Shown here: positions 22,601 through 59,067 of the stretch, piece after piece
Layout: each line of letters starts with the position of its first letter
Position numbering within the stretch: the first letter of the stretch is position 1
Assembly (NCBI GenBank): GCA_963693365.1
Contig: CAVNZM010000015.1
Coordinates: 5,277,502-5,341,501 of the forward strand
DNA length: 64,000 nt
From: Amoebidium appalachense
Lineage: Eukaryota > Protista > Ichthyosporea
Direction: 5' to 3'
Notes under the pieces: generated by a model
Told to the model about the DNA's origin: nothing
The model's input: only the letters and a program-made list of their open reading frames with translations
Database searches by the model: none
Position numbers and translations under genes: made by a program

Positions 22601-24592
22601 GAAAATGGACCTAAATTCCACCTCTTTTATGTCCCTCTTTTTGTTTATTTGATAATCATTTCTAGAAGGTTTTTACCCGAAGTTATTCGTTAGCGCGTTT
22701 TCATGTATGTTGTATGGCTATCGTTACGGCGAAAATTACAGCCCTGCCGGAATCCTTCTGCACCGTACCAATTCGCGCAAAATCATGTATGCAGAACTCC
22801 GCCAAGCGCATAGATTTAGGGGGATTTTGGGCTTTAGGCACGATACGCCACGCACAGCGCCGCAGTTCGTTCGTGATGCGGTATTACCTAGAAGTCGTCT
22901 AGTTGCTACCACACTTTTATTTTGGGTTATTTGTGGCCGGCGTTTCTACCCGGAGTATTGTTATGCCCGTCAGATTCACCAACATAGTGCCACGGATAGC
23001 ACTTTACAGTTACAACGCCAAGTTACGTGTAGCAGCAAGATGCTTTTATTTCTACCCGTACGAAGAAAAAAAAAAGGCCCAAGTGACACGTCACTTCATC
23101 TCCTCTCCCATTCACAAGTTGGGGGGAGAGACAGCCCGGCATAGCAGCATCAACACGGCAACAAACCTGGTGACTGGGTTTTCAGTCACACCACTATCCA
23201 TTCTATAACTCTTATAACTCCTTTGCTATAATAAAGATTTGCTAACAAATGTCAGTCCATGAGTGCACAGTTCCATTGAATCCACCACACACCTCACAAG
23301 TTTCCTCTGTGTCGTTGCTTTGGGATCGTGATGTTTTGTTTACACTTACCGAAGACACGCCACATTTTTATTCCCAAGATGTTTTACAGTTGGAGAAGAA
23401 TAGTTTCCATGATGTTTTTGCCTGTTTCGGTACTGACGTTAAAGCTGTGTATGCCTGTCTGGCGTTACAAAATAATATAAAACGAACACACATTCGTGAA
23501 CTTCTGGCTCCCCATTTAGTACATGCAGCTGTGCATAACATCGAAATTCTGTTACCTACCACATCTAGAGGTTTTCCTCAACACATTAATCACAACACAC
23601 CACCATTCACTGCTTTTGGTACCACGTGCACCATGTCATAAATATTCAGGTCCTTGACATGAAGGACACAGGGGGCAGCAGGGGGAGGGGGGAGGGGGGG
23701 GGGGGGGGGGGGGGGGGATGGCAAAATAATTAAAAAAAGGGGTGGGGGGGGGGGGTAGCTGGGGGGAGGGGGCGGGGGGTTTCTAAGGGGGAGGGGAAGG
23801 CGGAAGGGGGGGGAAGGGGGGGAGGGGTAGGTTTACCTACTTAGCTGTTCACAGTTGCCATACAGGCTGCCTCCTTCTGGCAAAATGAATGAATTTAACT
23901 TATTTGGGCTGGCCCCACTCCCATCACTTCCCACATAATTTGCTCATACCCATTACCTCACTTTGCAATTTCGAGGGGGGGGGGGGGGGGGGGATGCTAC
24001 CGCCGCCACTGCCCAGGGTGCCCCGTGGGAGGGGGGCCAGAAAGAAGGAGGGGGGGGGGGGGGAGGGGGAGTGGGGGAGGGGGGGAGGGGGGGGTTAAAT
24101 GAAAGGGAAAAGGGTCATAACATTTGGCAGATCCGGCAACTGCAGGATGGTGGGGGGGGGGGGGGGGGGGGGGCCGGGCGGGGGGAGCGTAAGGCCAAAG
24201 GGCCAGGGAGGGGAGGGGGGGAAAGTGTGAGGTGGGGGGGGCAGGCAGGGGGGGGGAGGGGCGGGGGGAGGGGGGAGTGGTAACAACCACACAACCCAGC
24301 ATCAATAACTGTTTCGTTATGTTTTGGCGCCGGCGACAGCCGGCGCACAGACCTACTTGTATACTAATACTATGTACTCACACACAGTCACACACACACA
24401 CACGTCACACACCGACACACGCACACACAGTCACAACCTCACGTGCACACGCTTTGCAATGATTCACGTACATACGCACACAATACATCCGTACACACAC
24501 ACATACACATACACACGCACACACGCATACGTGTTACACACACACACACACTCGCGCGCGCGCGTACGTGTCACAGTGGTACAATTTCACAT

Positions 24593-24640
<48 letters not shown>

Positions 24641-24760
24641 ACTTTCAAAAAAAAAAAAAAGAAAAAAGAAAACTTTGACTCTGAACACAGACGTCTCTGC
24701 TACACTCACACGCATGAAACTTTCGCGCACATACGCGTTGTCGACAGATCTGCCAGCAAG

Positions 24761-24813
<53 letters not shown>

Positions 24814-25004
24814 TACACACACACACGCACACGCACGCACGCACGCACGCACGCACACATACACGCACACACGCGCGTACATGTTGACCGTTTGCACGCC
24901 ACATGCATACGTGTACCGCCCGTACAACGCGCTATCGCAACACGCATGTGCACACCACGCACGGTTGCGCCTCACAGTCCAGTGGGTGCAATAAAATATC
25001 ATAA

Positions 25005-25077
<73 letters not shown>

Positions 25078-25838
25078 ACCGCGGCGTGCGCACGTACGCA
25101 CGAGCGCCGCCAGTGCCAGCCCACTCAGTTGGCGGACTCTTTGATTGGGTAGGCACACGAGGGGCAAAAGATCCGATTCAAAATGATGCGGCGAGACTGG
25201 ACATGATTTGCAAGTTGACATATAAATAATATAAAATTAAACTCAAAACAATCAATTCGATATATCAAATAATACCTTGGTTTATTATCTGTGTTTACAA
25301 AAGATTTTTGAGAGATTTATTCAAAAGGGCTGCTCACGTACATCTCGACAAGTGCGAGGTCTTTTTTTGGCACCAATGCGCACCAATCAAATCCAAGCCC
25401 GCACTATTGTCGTTTCCCATCGTGATTATCAAACATCCGATATTGTAGACTTCACACAGAAAAAATAAGTTGACTTCTTCGGTTGCATGAGTAACAGGAG
25501 CTGTAACGATAATTTCTATCAGTGCTACATTATAGCATGGCTATACTAGATTTAAGTGATAACCCACAAGTGCGACAACCCTTTCCAAAGAAAGTTTGTT
25601 GACATATTGCTGTGTGTGTATCACCCCGCATTTGATTGGCCATAATTAAAACAAGATCACCAATCAAATAATACCAATCTGATGATTTACACTCCTCCAG
25701 AGCCCACCCTTTATAAAGCGGGCTCAAGAGTTCAATTAGTCAGTTCGCACTTGATGATCATGAACAGGGGACAAATTTAGATCTTCACCTTTGAAAGATT
25801 TCAAAGAAACGAAGCTAAAGAAAAACGAAACATAGAAA

Positions 25839-27363
25839 ATGTCTGGTGCATCCGTAGTTCCCTGGCTGAAGACTCTTGCCCCCAATGCAAAGAGATTGCA
25901 GCTTACGCCCAGCTTGAGTGGCGTGCTCCAAAGCCGCAAACTCCAGCAGTTCCCACCACGTGAATCCATCCCAATGTGGGAGCAGGACGATGAGAAGGCT
26001 CAGGCAGAGTTCCAGCGCCTTCTAGCAAACAACAAAGAGTATGTGCGTGTGCGTGCGCACGTGTGCGTGTGTATGTGTATGTGCGTGCGTGTGCGTGCGT
26101 GCTTGGTGCCGTGGAGTGTGAACACTACGTGTGCACCAGTTCTTGCGTGTGTGTATGTGTTTGGACAACTCTGAAGAAATGTTTGATTTGGATACTGACA
26201 CGGAAGAGGGTTTGGCTGGGAAATTAGGGAGGGGAAAGAGAAGCATGCATTTCACGGGAACCCCACCTATTGTCCTGAAGATATGAGGTGTATAGGCAGG
26301 CCGTAGTACTGTATGTCGGGTTAGAACAGGATGTGCGATTTTGTGTGCTTCATGTGGGTTGAGGGAAAAAACATAGCCACCACATTTCAAGTGCTCTAAG
26401 GTTTGCACACAACAAACGGCATTGTGGAAATGTTACTGTATTTAATACCTGGCAACGGCACCCCCTCTTTTTCAGGCATTATTCTATGCTTTATATAGGC
26501 ATTATTCTATGCGTTATATCACGTGTTTCTCACAACACGTGGTGTGCTCGTGCAGGTGGGCGGAGCAAATCAAGAAGGAGGACCCCGAATACTTCGAGAA
26601 GAATGCACAGGGGCAGTCACCCACCTACCTGTGGATTGGCTGTGCGGACTCACGTGTCCCCGCTGAAACTCTGACTGTACGTCTCTCTCTCTCTCTCTCT
26701 CTCTAGAGCTCTCTCTTCCCACCTCCCCACCCCCACCTCTCCCCCTCCCCCTCCCCCTCCTCCCCTCCTCCCCTTTCCCCCACGCAGACACGTGAGAACT
26801 CGCATACACTCACACCGCACACAAACACATACATAGGCGCATATTCACGAGCATTTGCATGATACGCACACGGAACACATCGCATTGTGTACGTGCGACC
26901 ACACACCCATGCTTCTACCACAATTATGCCCTAACCATCCACCGGCCTGTCGATCTCCCTCTGTTAACGTTGTGTTCACAGATTGAAAAATTCGTCTCGA
27001 GTTTTCACAGACTCATCGTGCTCCTGTGCCTTTCTTCGTATTGTAGTTTCCCCCCCCCCCCCCCCTCCCTCCCTCCCTCCCTCCCCCCCCCTCCCCCCCC
27101 CCCCCCCCCCTGGGGAGACATCCTCCGTTTTTCCGGCTCTCTTCCCCTCGCCTTCCGTCTCATCTCAGAACTTCCTTACGCAAGGAAGGCTAACCCACAC
27201 CCAGACAACGCTAATCCTCTCTTTTGACCAATCCCAGGGCCTCAAGTGTGGGGAGATCTTTGTGCACCGCAACATCGCCAATCTGGTCGTCAACACAGAC
27301 CTCAGCTGCCTCTCCGTCCTCACTTATGCCGTCGAGTTCCTCAAGGTGTGTGCAGCTTCCCCG

Positions 27364-27394
<31 letters not shown>

Positions 27395-27537
27395 CCCCCT
27401 GCGGCGCCTCCCCTTCCCCTCCAAATCACGACCCCCACCACAAGAAAAAAAGAACTTTCTTGTTCGATGTCGAGGCATAGCAGACACACACCTCCGTTGT
27501 TCACCATAAGCTCCCCTTCCCCCATCCCCCCTCCCCC

Positions 27538-27569
<32 letters not shown>

Positions 27570-27724
27570 ACCCCTACCCCCCTCCGCTCCCCCTCCCCCC
27601 CCCCCCCCACACACACACACACACACCCCTACACCCCTCAGCTCCCCCCCCCCCCCCTCCTCCCCCCCGCCCTCCTCTTGTCCCCTCTCCAAATCTCTTT
27701 CTTCTCCATAATCACCTCATCTTC

Positions 27725-27761
<37 letters not shown>

Positions 27762-28063
27762 CCCCTTCCCCCCCCCCTCTCCCCCCTCCCCTCCCCAGGT
27801 CAAGCACATCGTGGTGTGTGGGCACTACGAATGTGGCGGTGTCAAGGCCGCCACAGCCATGGACCAGGACTTTGGAGTCATTGAGCACTGGCTGAGGAAC
27901 ATTCGAGACGTCCGCCGCCTGGTATTTGATTCCCTCCCCTTCCCCCCCCCCTCTTCCCCGGGGGCGGGGGAGGGGGAGGGGGGTTCTCCCTTACCTCCAA
28001 ACCTCATTCCTCTCAAAACAACCCCCCCCCCCCCCCCCCCCATCATCATTCCAGTCCACACCT

Positions 28064-28106
<43 letters not shown>

Positions 28107-28719
28107 AAAAAAAAAAAACCTGGCATCCCCCGTCTTCTTGGGTCTATCTACTGTGGAAAATTTGTCCTATTGCCACCGACACGATAGTGTGAAAAGTTGT
28201 CAATATGTGGATACTCCGGACCATCATTTTACCCTCTTCCCTTCCCCCCTGAGTCCCCCCTCCCCCCCCCCCCCCCCCCCCCCCCCTTCTTTCTGGCCCC
28301 TCTGACCTTCCCCCCTTTTTTTGTCGGCACCTCTGTGTGAAAGTGTTAGGGACACAATCTACCATACCATTCCCCCCTTCCCCCCTCTCCTGTCCCTGCC
28401 TTCCCCATACTGGCCATTCGCTAACCTACACAACAGTTACGCACACGCACAGAGAGAGAGGGGGGGGGAGGGGGGGAAAGGGGGAGAGAGAGATAGAGGG
28501 CGAGAGAGGTTAATGATAGGAAGGGAGTTAGTTTTACAACCCCGAGGGGTTTGCTAACATTCCCGTCCAAACTCCCCCCTACCCTTCCTTCCCCCCCCCC
28601 TCCTTCCCCCCCCCCTCCCCCCAGCATGCCACGGAGCTCAACAGCATTGTTGACCCGCATGTTCGCTATCGCCGGCTGATTGAACTTAACGTCGTTGAGC
28701 AGTGGTACGTTACAGCCCC

Positions 28720-28750
<31 letters not shown>

Positions 28751-29538
28751 CCCCTCCCCCCCTCCCTGCCCTGCCCCCCCCCCGTGCCCCCTCTCCCCCC
28801 CCCCCCCCCCCCCTCCCCCCCCCCCCCCCCCCCCTCCCCTACCTTTCCCATTTACGCGCACAACTCGTCGTCCCATCCGCTCTCTATGGTTTTGCTGGTT
28901 TGTCTCCCAATACCATGCTGATTTATTCGTGACTGCGATATTAATCGAGTTGATGCGTTTAGAATGCGTATTCGATCCGTCAACTGTTACACTAGTCCAG
29001 CAAAAGGGGGGGATTGTAGTTTCCATCTGCTTGATCGGTGCATGCTAGCTAATGTGTGTGTGGGGGGGGGGGGGGGGGGGGGGGGTATAGGGGGAGGGAG
29101 GGAGGGAGGGAGGGGGGTAGGGGGAAAAAGGGTGGGGGGAGGGGAAAAGGTGCTAGAGATGTAAAGGCAGAAAGGGGTGGGGAGGAAGGGGGAGGATGGT
29201 GTAAGGGGGGGGGGGGGGGGGGGGGGTGGGGAAGGTAATGGGGGAGAGGGGGGAGAGGGTGACAGAGAGGAAGCTGTGTGTGTTTTTTTGTTTTTTTTTT
29301 TTTGGGGGGGGGGGGGGGGGGGGAGGGAGGGGGAGGGAGGGAGGAGGTAGGTGAGCATTTTCTAACGGCTGTGTGCGTGTTTTTTGCAGTGTGAATCTGT
29401 TCAAAACTGGTGTAGTACAGCAGCAACGCATCAAGACAGGCTACCCCCGCATACACGGTCTGGTCTATGAGATCAAGGATGGGCACCTGAAGGAGTTGAA
29501 CCTCGATCTGATCGGTGGGTGAATGGGTGTGTGTGTGT

Positions 29539-29572
<34 letters not shown>

Positions 29573-29589
29573 CTGTTTTTTTTGTTTTT

Positions 29590-29620
<31 letters not shown>

Positions 29621-30260
29621 AGGGGGGAGGGGGGGGGGAGTCACGTACAGTGTGTGAACTGCAATTTCAGCATTTGTGGAAAATCAGCACGTGGGAGGGG
29701 GGGGGGGGGGAGGGGGGGGGAGAGGGGGGGGGGGAGGAAGGAGGGGAGAGGGGGGAGGGAGGGAAGGGGGCAGGAGAGGAGGGGAGGTGGGGAGGGGAGA
29801 GGAGGGAACGGAGGGGAGGGGAGGGGGGGGGGGGGGGGGGGGATGGGGGAATGTGTTTGTGGGTGTGTGCACTGTCTATATATGGAGAATATGCCGGAAA
29901 ATGGTGGTGATGCCATGTCAGATGATTTTGGATTCTAGCTGGCTGTGTATTCTTGCGGACACACAATTTTGACGCCAAAAAATAGTACTTCCACTCTTCC
30001 CTACCTTCTCATCCCCCCCCCCCTTCCCCCCCCCCCCCCCCCCCCCCCCTCTTCCCTCCCTCCCCTCCTACCTCCCACCCCAATATAGGAAATGTTACGG
30101 TCAAGCAAATGGCAGTGGGCAAAACTCTGACATTTAATGAGCAAAAGAGAAGGAGGAAAAAAGGAAGGGGAAGAAATGGATGATACGTGCTGCAGGTGCT
30201 TTTCTGTTTTTGTTTTGGCGACTGACCAAATTTTCAAATCCTAACTCTTGCCATCCTGTC

Positions 30261-30308
<48 letters not shown>

Positions 30309-30351
30309 CTACATGAAGCAGTACAAGGACATCTACAAGCTCTACAGCTAA
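25839..30351 (+). CDS. Beta-class carbonic anhydrase; 7 exons (25839-26038, 26556-26676, 27238-27345, 27799-27921, 28625-28704, 29390-29514, 30308-30351)
   Basis: The spliced product has [42 protein letters not shown] and IHGLVY, i.e. the Cys/His/Cys zinc ligands of beta-CA. All introns are GT-AG and in phase. The N-terminal extension may be an organelle-targeting peptide. Confidence 0.95.
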
Positions 30352-30659
30352 GCCATGTGCCCAAACTGAAGTTCGTATCGCAAAAATCCGGAAAAAACCT
30401 TAATTCACGGCAAATAAATGGGCAACATGCATTTGATTTCCGAAAATAGTATTATTTAGCACGTATGAGCATATGAACACGGGAATTGTCGAAGCGGTAT
30501 GCTATAATAGATGATGATAGCCATGTGTAGTAGGTAAAAGAGATAGTATCGTGGTGTTGTTTTTTTCATAAGCGCACGACCAGTGGTGTAGCGCCATAAA
30601 CTTAAAAAAATAAAATGATTATTCTTCAAAGTATCATAGGATAATGGATACACTTTTAC

Positions 30660-30735
<76 letters not shown>

Positions 30736-30782
30736 CCACCACCTAGGAGAGCCTAGTCACCAAACCAACCCACTCTTATCCT

Positions 30783-30814
<32 letters not shown>

Positions 30815-30847
30815 CCTCTCTCTCCCCCCGCTCCCCCTCGTCCCCCC

Positions 30848-30880
<33 letters not shown>

Positions 30881-31554
30881 CCATCTCCACCCCCACACCT
30901 ATCCCATCCCTGCTCTCTCTATTAGCCCACCCACCCACGCATGATCTATAAGTCGGATCCACCCTTCAAGAGAACTCGAGCTTGGTGCCTATGTGTAGGT
31001 TTTGTGTGCACACACGTGCGGTAACGGGGTCATAAGACACCAACCAAAACTGTGGACGGCATGGTAAGAGCAGCGGGGTTACAACTATAATGATGGCAAA
31101 TTTAACTAAAGGGAGCTATGAGAGAGGAGAGAATCACCACGTGTCGACACATACCCCCCTCCCCCCCCTTCATCCTCCTCCTCCCCCCTCCCCCCTCCCT
31201 CCTCCCCTCCCCCCCCCCCCCCCCTTCTCCCCCCCTCCTGCCCCGCCCGCCCACCCACTCCCTCCCCTTCCACACACACTGACTTTTTACAAGACGTCGG
31301 CACATGGTCAACTACAACTAAATAATTTTTCCGGCAAGTTCAAGAAGAAGGGGGGAGGGGGGGGGGGGGGGGGGGGGGGAAGGGAGGGAGGGGGGAAAGG
31401 TTGAGTCCTTGAATTTTTCATCTGTTTGCATACTTTTCCGGTAAGAACGGGGAAAGGGGAGAGTGGTGGTGGTGGTTGTGATGTGTGTGTGCGTGCGTGT
31501 GTGTTTGTGTGTGTGTGGTGTGTGTTTTTTGAGGGAAGGGAAGGGCCCTTGGTG

Positions 31555-31615
<61 letters not shown>

Positions 31616-31679
31616 TGTGTGCGTGTGCGTGCCTGGCGCGGCACGCGCGTGCCTGTGTACCTGTACGCGTGTGTGTGTG

Positions 31680-31723
<44 letters not shown>

Positions 31724-32133
31724 TGTACGTGTGTGCGCGCATGTGTGTTAGCGCACGCTACGAGTCACACGTAACAAGTGGCTAAATTACTTTATTTAAG
31801 GGAACATAACCACCAATATAATGCCTCATTCTTAATTCGGCAACAAGATGTGTGTCTTTAAAATAAAGAATTACATACGGTTTTCAGTATGTACGTTTCT
31901 ATACTGCTTCTGATAGATTATGAGGAGAAACTAGAAAAATTAGTGCATGACTTTAACCCTATGGCAGTCGTGGTTTTACATCATATCATAGCTGATGCAG
32001 AGCTTCTATTCTGTAGGGCTTTTCTTAATTCTGATACGTACGATTTTAATCTAAATTAGTAATTTACCATCACCAATAAGATCACACCAATAGAAGATCG
32101 TTGGACATACGGATATAAACAGGGGAAAGGAAG

Positions 32134-32168
<35 letters not shown>

Positions 32169-32325
32169 AAACAAAGGGGGGGGGGAGGGGATGCATACAC
32201 AACACATCAGATTTGCAAGAACCATGATGTTTGCGTGTGTGTGTTTGTGTGGATGAATGTGTGTGTGTAGGTGTGTGTGGGGGTATGTGCATGCCTGCGG
32301 GTGCGTGCGTGCTTCTGTGCGTGCT

Positions 32326-32396
<71 letters not shown>

Positions 32397-33064
32397 CACG
32401 TGTGCACTTGCATGTGCCTATCCCTGCGCATCGGTTTTGCGGGCATGTGAGTGTGAATGAGAACGAGCATATGAGCGGGGTGTTCATATACACGCATGTG
32501 CGCGTTTGTGCGTATGTAGGTGTCTTTTGAACTTTGGTGAAGCAGTAACATAAATCTAGTACAATAAGTGAGAGCAAATATCAATAGGCACACCATCATT
32601 ATGCACGTCGTAAAGCCACCTAGTTTCACAACTGACCCGACCCGACTCTCTCTTTGGCCCGAATCGAATCTTGCACCCTTTCAGATCTCCGTAGCCACCA
32701 CCGCCACTATTTTCTCTTGAGATACCACGGGCACAGTGCTGCGGCCAATAGAATGTCAGCGTGCATTTTTTTGAATTTTTGGCGGCAAATTCAAATCCAT
32801 GGTTTGGTTGTACTATCGGTTTGTCCTTTGTTAATAAAAAGTCCGTTGTTTCTTTGCTACATGTATATGATTATCCACTCCCCCCCCCCCCCCCCCCTCC
32901 CCCCTCCCCTCCCCCCCCCCCCCCCCCCCCCCTCCCCCCCCCCCCCCCCCCCCCCCCCCCCATCTCCCCCCCCCCCCCTCCCCCTCCCCCTCACTCCGGC
33001 CAAAACCATAAATACGTTCATATATACAGACATACATTTACATGTGTGTGTGTGTGCGTGTGCT

Positions 33065-33123
<59 letters not shown>

Positions 33124-33137
33124 CTGTGTGTGTGTGC

Positions 33138-33186
<49 letters not shown>

Positions 33187-33444
33187 CACCACTCTTCCTC
33201 TACCCCTCTCCCTTTTGCCCCATAGGGGTGGGAAGTTGCTAAATCATCACACCGTTATCACGCGTTTTAAAAAGAACAACCGGATAGTGTGTTACAGGCA
33301 ATGCGTTAAAGGCAATGTCAATGTCAGGAGCAGAGAGAGGAAAGACGAATAAAATGTAACTCTGGCGAGACGTAGAAGAGGTTGGTCGGGGGGTGGTGTG
33401 TGTGTGGTATATGATAGCAGGGAGGGGCGGGGGTAAAATATATT

Positions 33445-45331
<11,887 letters not shown>

Positions 45332-45902
45332 GGTGGTGATGGAAGGTTGCGATGAGGGCAGACATCGGTACTACATGGATGTCATGAACATGGAAAGATC
45401 TAGTCTAGCTATGATGAACACGGAACGAGAGGAATTAGGTGGGCTTCAAGGTAGTTATCTTGAGCCAGTGCACGTGTGGAAACAACACCGCAGATGAAAT
45501 GTAAAAGGAAGAGCTTCCGAGGAAAATAAAACTTTGAAATAAAACGAGAAAACGTGTGTTAGACTTAGACCAGGGAGACCCGGCTGGTTGTGCAGTACAC
45601 CAACTTGTTGCAGCCGCTATAGCCTTGGGAAAGGAATTATAGTGATAAACATATCCAATAGGGATGAAGTAAAATGGCCAAAATACATTCCATTCGGGCG
45701 ACTGATACATTGAGGAATGCGAAACCTCAAACAATCTCCGTTACGATTGGTCAATAACAGTAGGCAATCTCATTGGTTGCGGCTGTCTGATGGCGCCAGA
45801 TAACAAAAACATGAAAACATGCCACTTGCACTTATGTTTTGTTTGTAGCTTCTTATGCATTACCCGCCAATAGGCAGTACATTTTCACATACGGAGGGAG
45901 AA
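45332..45902. promoter_or_regulatory. Candidate bidirectional promoter between the EGF gene and the MBD4-like gene
   Basis: Head-to-head start codons about 570 bp apart; microsatellite-free interval with several CCAAT/ATTGG boxes. Confidence 0.5.
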
Positions 45903-55768
<9,866 letters not shown>

Positions 55769-55859
55769 GGATAGAGGAGGGACAGGGAAGAGAAGGATGT
55801 GGGAGCGAAAGACGAAGATGACAAGGGAGAAAATGGCTATCTAGAGCGTAGATGGTTTA

Positions 55860-56132
55860 TGGATAGTTTGATAGGTAGATATACAAGGGATATTGTGTTA
55901 CGTACATAGAACGAGAGATAGTTTGATAGGTAGATATACCAGGGACAATTTGCTATGTAGACATTCGAGGGAAAGTTTGTTAGCTAGATATACTAGGGAT
56001 AGTTTGCTACATGAATACACTAGGACTGAATATTGTAGTATGTTGTTACGTAGATATACTAGCGATAGTTTGTTTAATATATACGTCAGGAATGGTGTTT
56101 TTACGTAGATTACGGTAGACATACTAGGGATA
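55860..56132. repeat. Degenerate ~30-bp tandem repeat downstream of the glycosylase stop
   Basis: Recurring GATAGTTTG...TAGATATACTAGGGA variants. Confidence 0.7.
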
Positions 56133-56150
56133 TGCTTGTGTGTTGAAGGT

Positions 56151-56242
56151 TTGAAACTTTTTTCTTTTGACTGGATTTATTCGACGGAAAGATATTAAGT
56201 ATGCACGGCATACTGAGAAGACAATAATTTGAAACTTTTTCT
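56151..56242 (-). mobile_element. Short 5'-truncated non-LTR retroposon tail
   Basis: Minus strand ...CCGTGCATACTT...TCTTTCCGTCGAATAAATCCAGTCAAAAGAAAAAA, flanked by repeated TTGAAACTTTTT. The same ~50 bp occurs at 17289-17340. Confidence 0.55.
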
Positions 56243-56841
56243 GTAAGTTCTCTGGTTGTAAATAGCAGGGCATAAGATGTTGGCACTGATATTAGTTAGG
56301 GGGTGATTGCGTGATTGTGTGGATGCCCCCACAATTTAACGGATTGTGTCACCTGAATTGCGTGTGGGTGTGATTGGATGTAATTAATTGTGGCATGTGT
56401 TTGTATGTGGTTTGTGGTGGTGGTGATGGTGGTTGATATTAGTGAGGGAGGTCTGACAAGAATCGAGGTAAACCGCATAAGTTTGTTTTTGAGAAATTTG
56501 AGGCGAAATTGGAACATTATTTTCTCGGCATGGATGTATTGTTGTGTGTACACAGGTGAAATCTGTGCATATATACTGCAGTAGGGAATTTGTCGAGAAA
56601 CTTTCAGAATGGTAGAGCATAACGGTGATTCATTGAGTCAGACGTGTGTTTTTGTAGGTGCTTGGTTGTATGCAGATGTGTAGGTGGAACCTTGTAACAA
56701 CAGTTATGTGATTCGATTCGGTTGAGATGTGAGCAACAGATTTCTTATTTTGGTTGATCCCTCCGTGATAAGATTTAAACGAAAACCCCTATATGAATTC
56801 GGAAAACGCACTGATCATATGGTTGCCTGAAGCCCTCATAA

Positions 56842-56881
<40 letters not shown>

Positions 56882-56889
56882 TATTTCCA

Positions 56890-56891
<2 letters not shown>

Positions 56892-56954
<63 letters not shown>
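56892..56954. repeat. (AAT)n microsatellite
   Basis: About 20 AAT units. Confidence 0.9.
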
Positions 56955-56957
<3 letters not shown>

Positions 56958-58068
56958 CAAATAAAAATTAAATAATAACAAAGCGTTTTATATTTGTTCT
57001 CCCTTTCTTTTTACCAATGCCCTGTTTGTTTCTAGTCTCTGTGGTATCGAAGCAGATCACCTGACGAGCACAACCCGGCTACTACAATACACATATGCAT
57101 GGCACAAACCACTAAGCATCAACAAACAACATGTACCCACTCATGAGGGGGTAGGTACATGTGTGTACACATTTCTACTGAATAAAAAAGCCTCGTTTTG
57201 TTTTGCTTGTAGTTTGTGGTTTGGCTCCCATGGTATTGCCTGTTTTGTTTTGGCGCTGGTATAAGGGCCGTGTACATGCAGTAGATGACCAATAACGTAG
57301 GGTGTCTTACATACATGTACCTGTGTGTATCCATATGTGTGGCCCATGAGCATAATGGTTTATCGGACTGGCTGAGTTCGTAGCGAGGGGTTTATCGATG
57401 TTATCACCCCTCAAGAGCGCTTATTTGGCTGTTATCTACATATTTACTGAAAGCTTATAATTTTAATACAATATTGTTTGATAGAAATAACAGTCTTGCA
57501 GGCAGCGCTGCCGCCAAAAAAGTTAGCCAACAAGGGGACAAAACAAACCTTTTTTGGTTAACCACCTGCTAAAAATGGCACGTAAATAGTTGGCTAATTT
57601 TGATTGGTTAACACCTGCCATCATGCGGGGCCCATATGGCCGGAGGGAGCGGCAAATCAAATTGATGCATATGTGTGCATATATACTGGGATGCGGCACC
57701 AACATGCACAACGGCCGTATGTGTGTATACACAGTTCCCTTTCTCCATTCCTCTCCACAACACGCAAGTACTCTCATCAACACACATGTACACCCCTTCA
57801 TTCGTTACATGCATCGTTTTTAGCAACTCAGCTACGGTTCAAAACCACTTTACTTACCCTACAAGCGATCCCCCTATTTGTGTTTAAAAGAAAGAACAAG
57901 AAATTTTTTTTTTTAAAAAAAAAAGAAGAGAGAGAGAGAGAGGGAGGGGGGTTCAGTGCCATGATCTCTTGATACGCTACCACATCACAAACAACATATG
58001 CATCTGCCTACATGTCCATGTACAAATTATATCTCAGCTATGTAGTTGGAATCACAGGTTTGTGTTGT

Positions 58069-58167
58069 CTACTTGTACTGATTGAAGACGTGGCGGGACA
58101 CAATAAGACGCTGAATCTGAGACGTACCCTCATAGATCTGTGTGTTTGTGTGTGTGTGTTGGTGTGT

Positions 58168-58212
<45 letters not shown>

Positions 58213-58677
58213 GTGAGTGAGTGAGTGAGTGTTGTGTGCATGTGTGTGTGTGTGTGTGTGTGCATGTTACAGCCATAACACGGGCAACTTAACATTAGAA
58301 CGAGTAGTCAGTGTAACTGCAAAAAACATAAGAGGTGAGTGGAAAGCAAAGGACATGAGAGTGTACAGGTAGAATGTACATTGTCCTATCACCTCATGTC
58401 ATATTTTCACTGTAATTTTTATGTGAACTGTTCCACTCCGTGCATTTTGTGCGTGCGCCTGTTTGTCGAGTGCCCGTTGAATCGTGATTATGCAATTCGA
58501 ACAATGGTGGGCAACAAATAGAGGGATCAAAGCATGACAGCGGCTTCAAGCAAAAGAAAGGGAAGGTATAAACACACCCACACTACATAACATACAGCAA
58601 ACAAACAACGAACAAAAAGATGCACATCTACACAAGCAGATGGTGGTGGTGGTGGTGGTGGTGGTGGTGGTGGTGGT

Positions 58678-58739
<62 letters not shown>

Positions 58740-58994
58740 GGGAGGGGGGGGGGGAGGGGGATGGATGATGGGCAGTACCTGGAAAATCTTAGCATCTCTC
58801 ATAAGTTTCTCTACGGGGTACTCCGTGTTGTATCCATTGCCTCCAAAGATCTGCACGGCGTCAGAGGCACACTTGTTTGCCATGTCCCCTGCAAAGGCCT
58901 TGGCCACAGAGGCATAGTACGTGTTGCTGCGCCCTTGGTCTACCTCCCATGCAGCACGGTATGACTGTACGTGTACGTGTGTGTGTGTGTGTGT

Positions 58995-59067
<73 letters not shown>

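Noticed and set aside
23249-23960. 130-aa ORF and nearby exon-like islands
   Set aside because: No recognisable motif, and stops interrupt the plausible minus-strand frames. Possibly a decayed gene, but unsupported.
56296-57970. Short ORFs between the glycosylase and ACADM 3' ends
   Set aside because: No motifs or consistent splice structure; treated as UTR or intergenic sequence.
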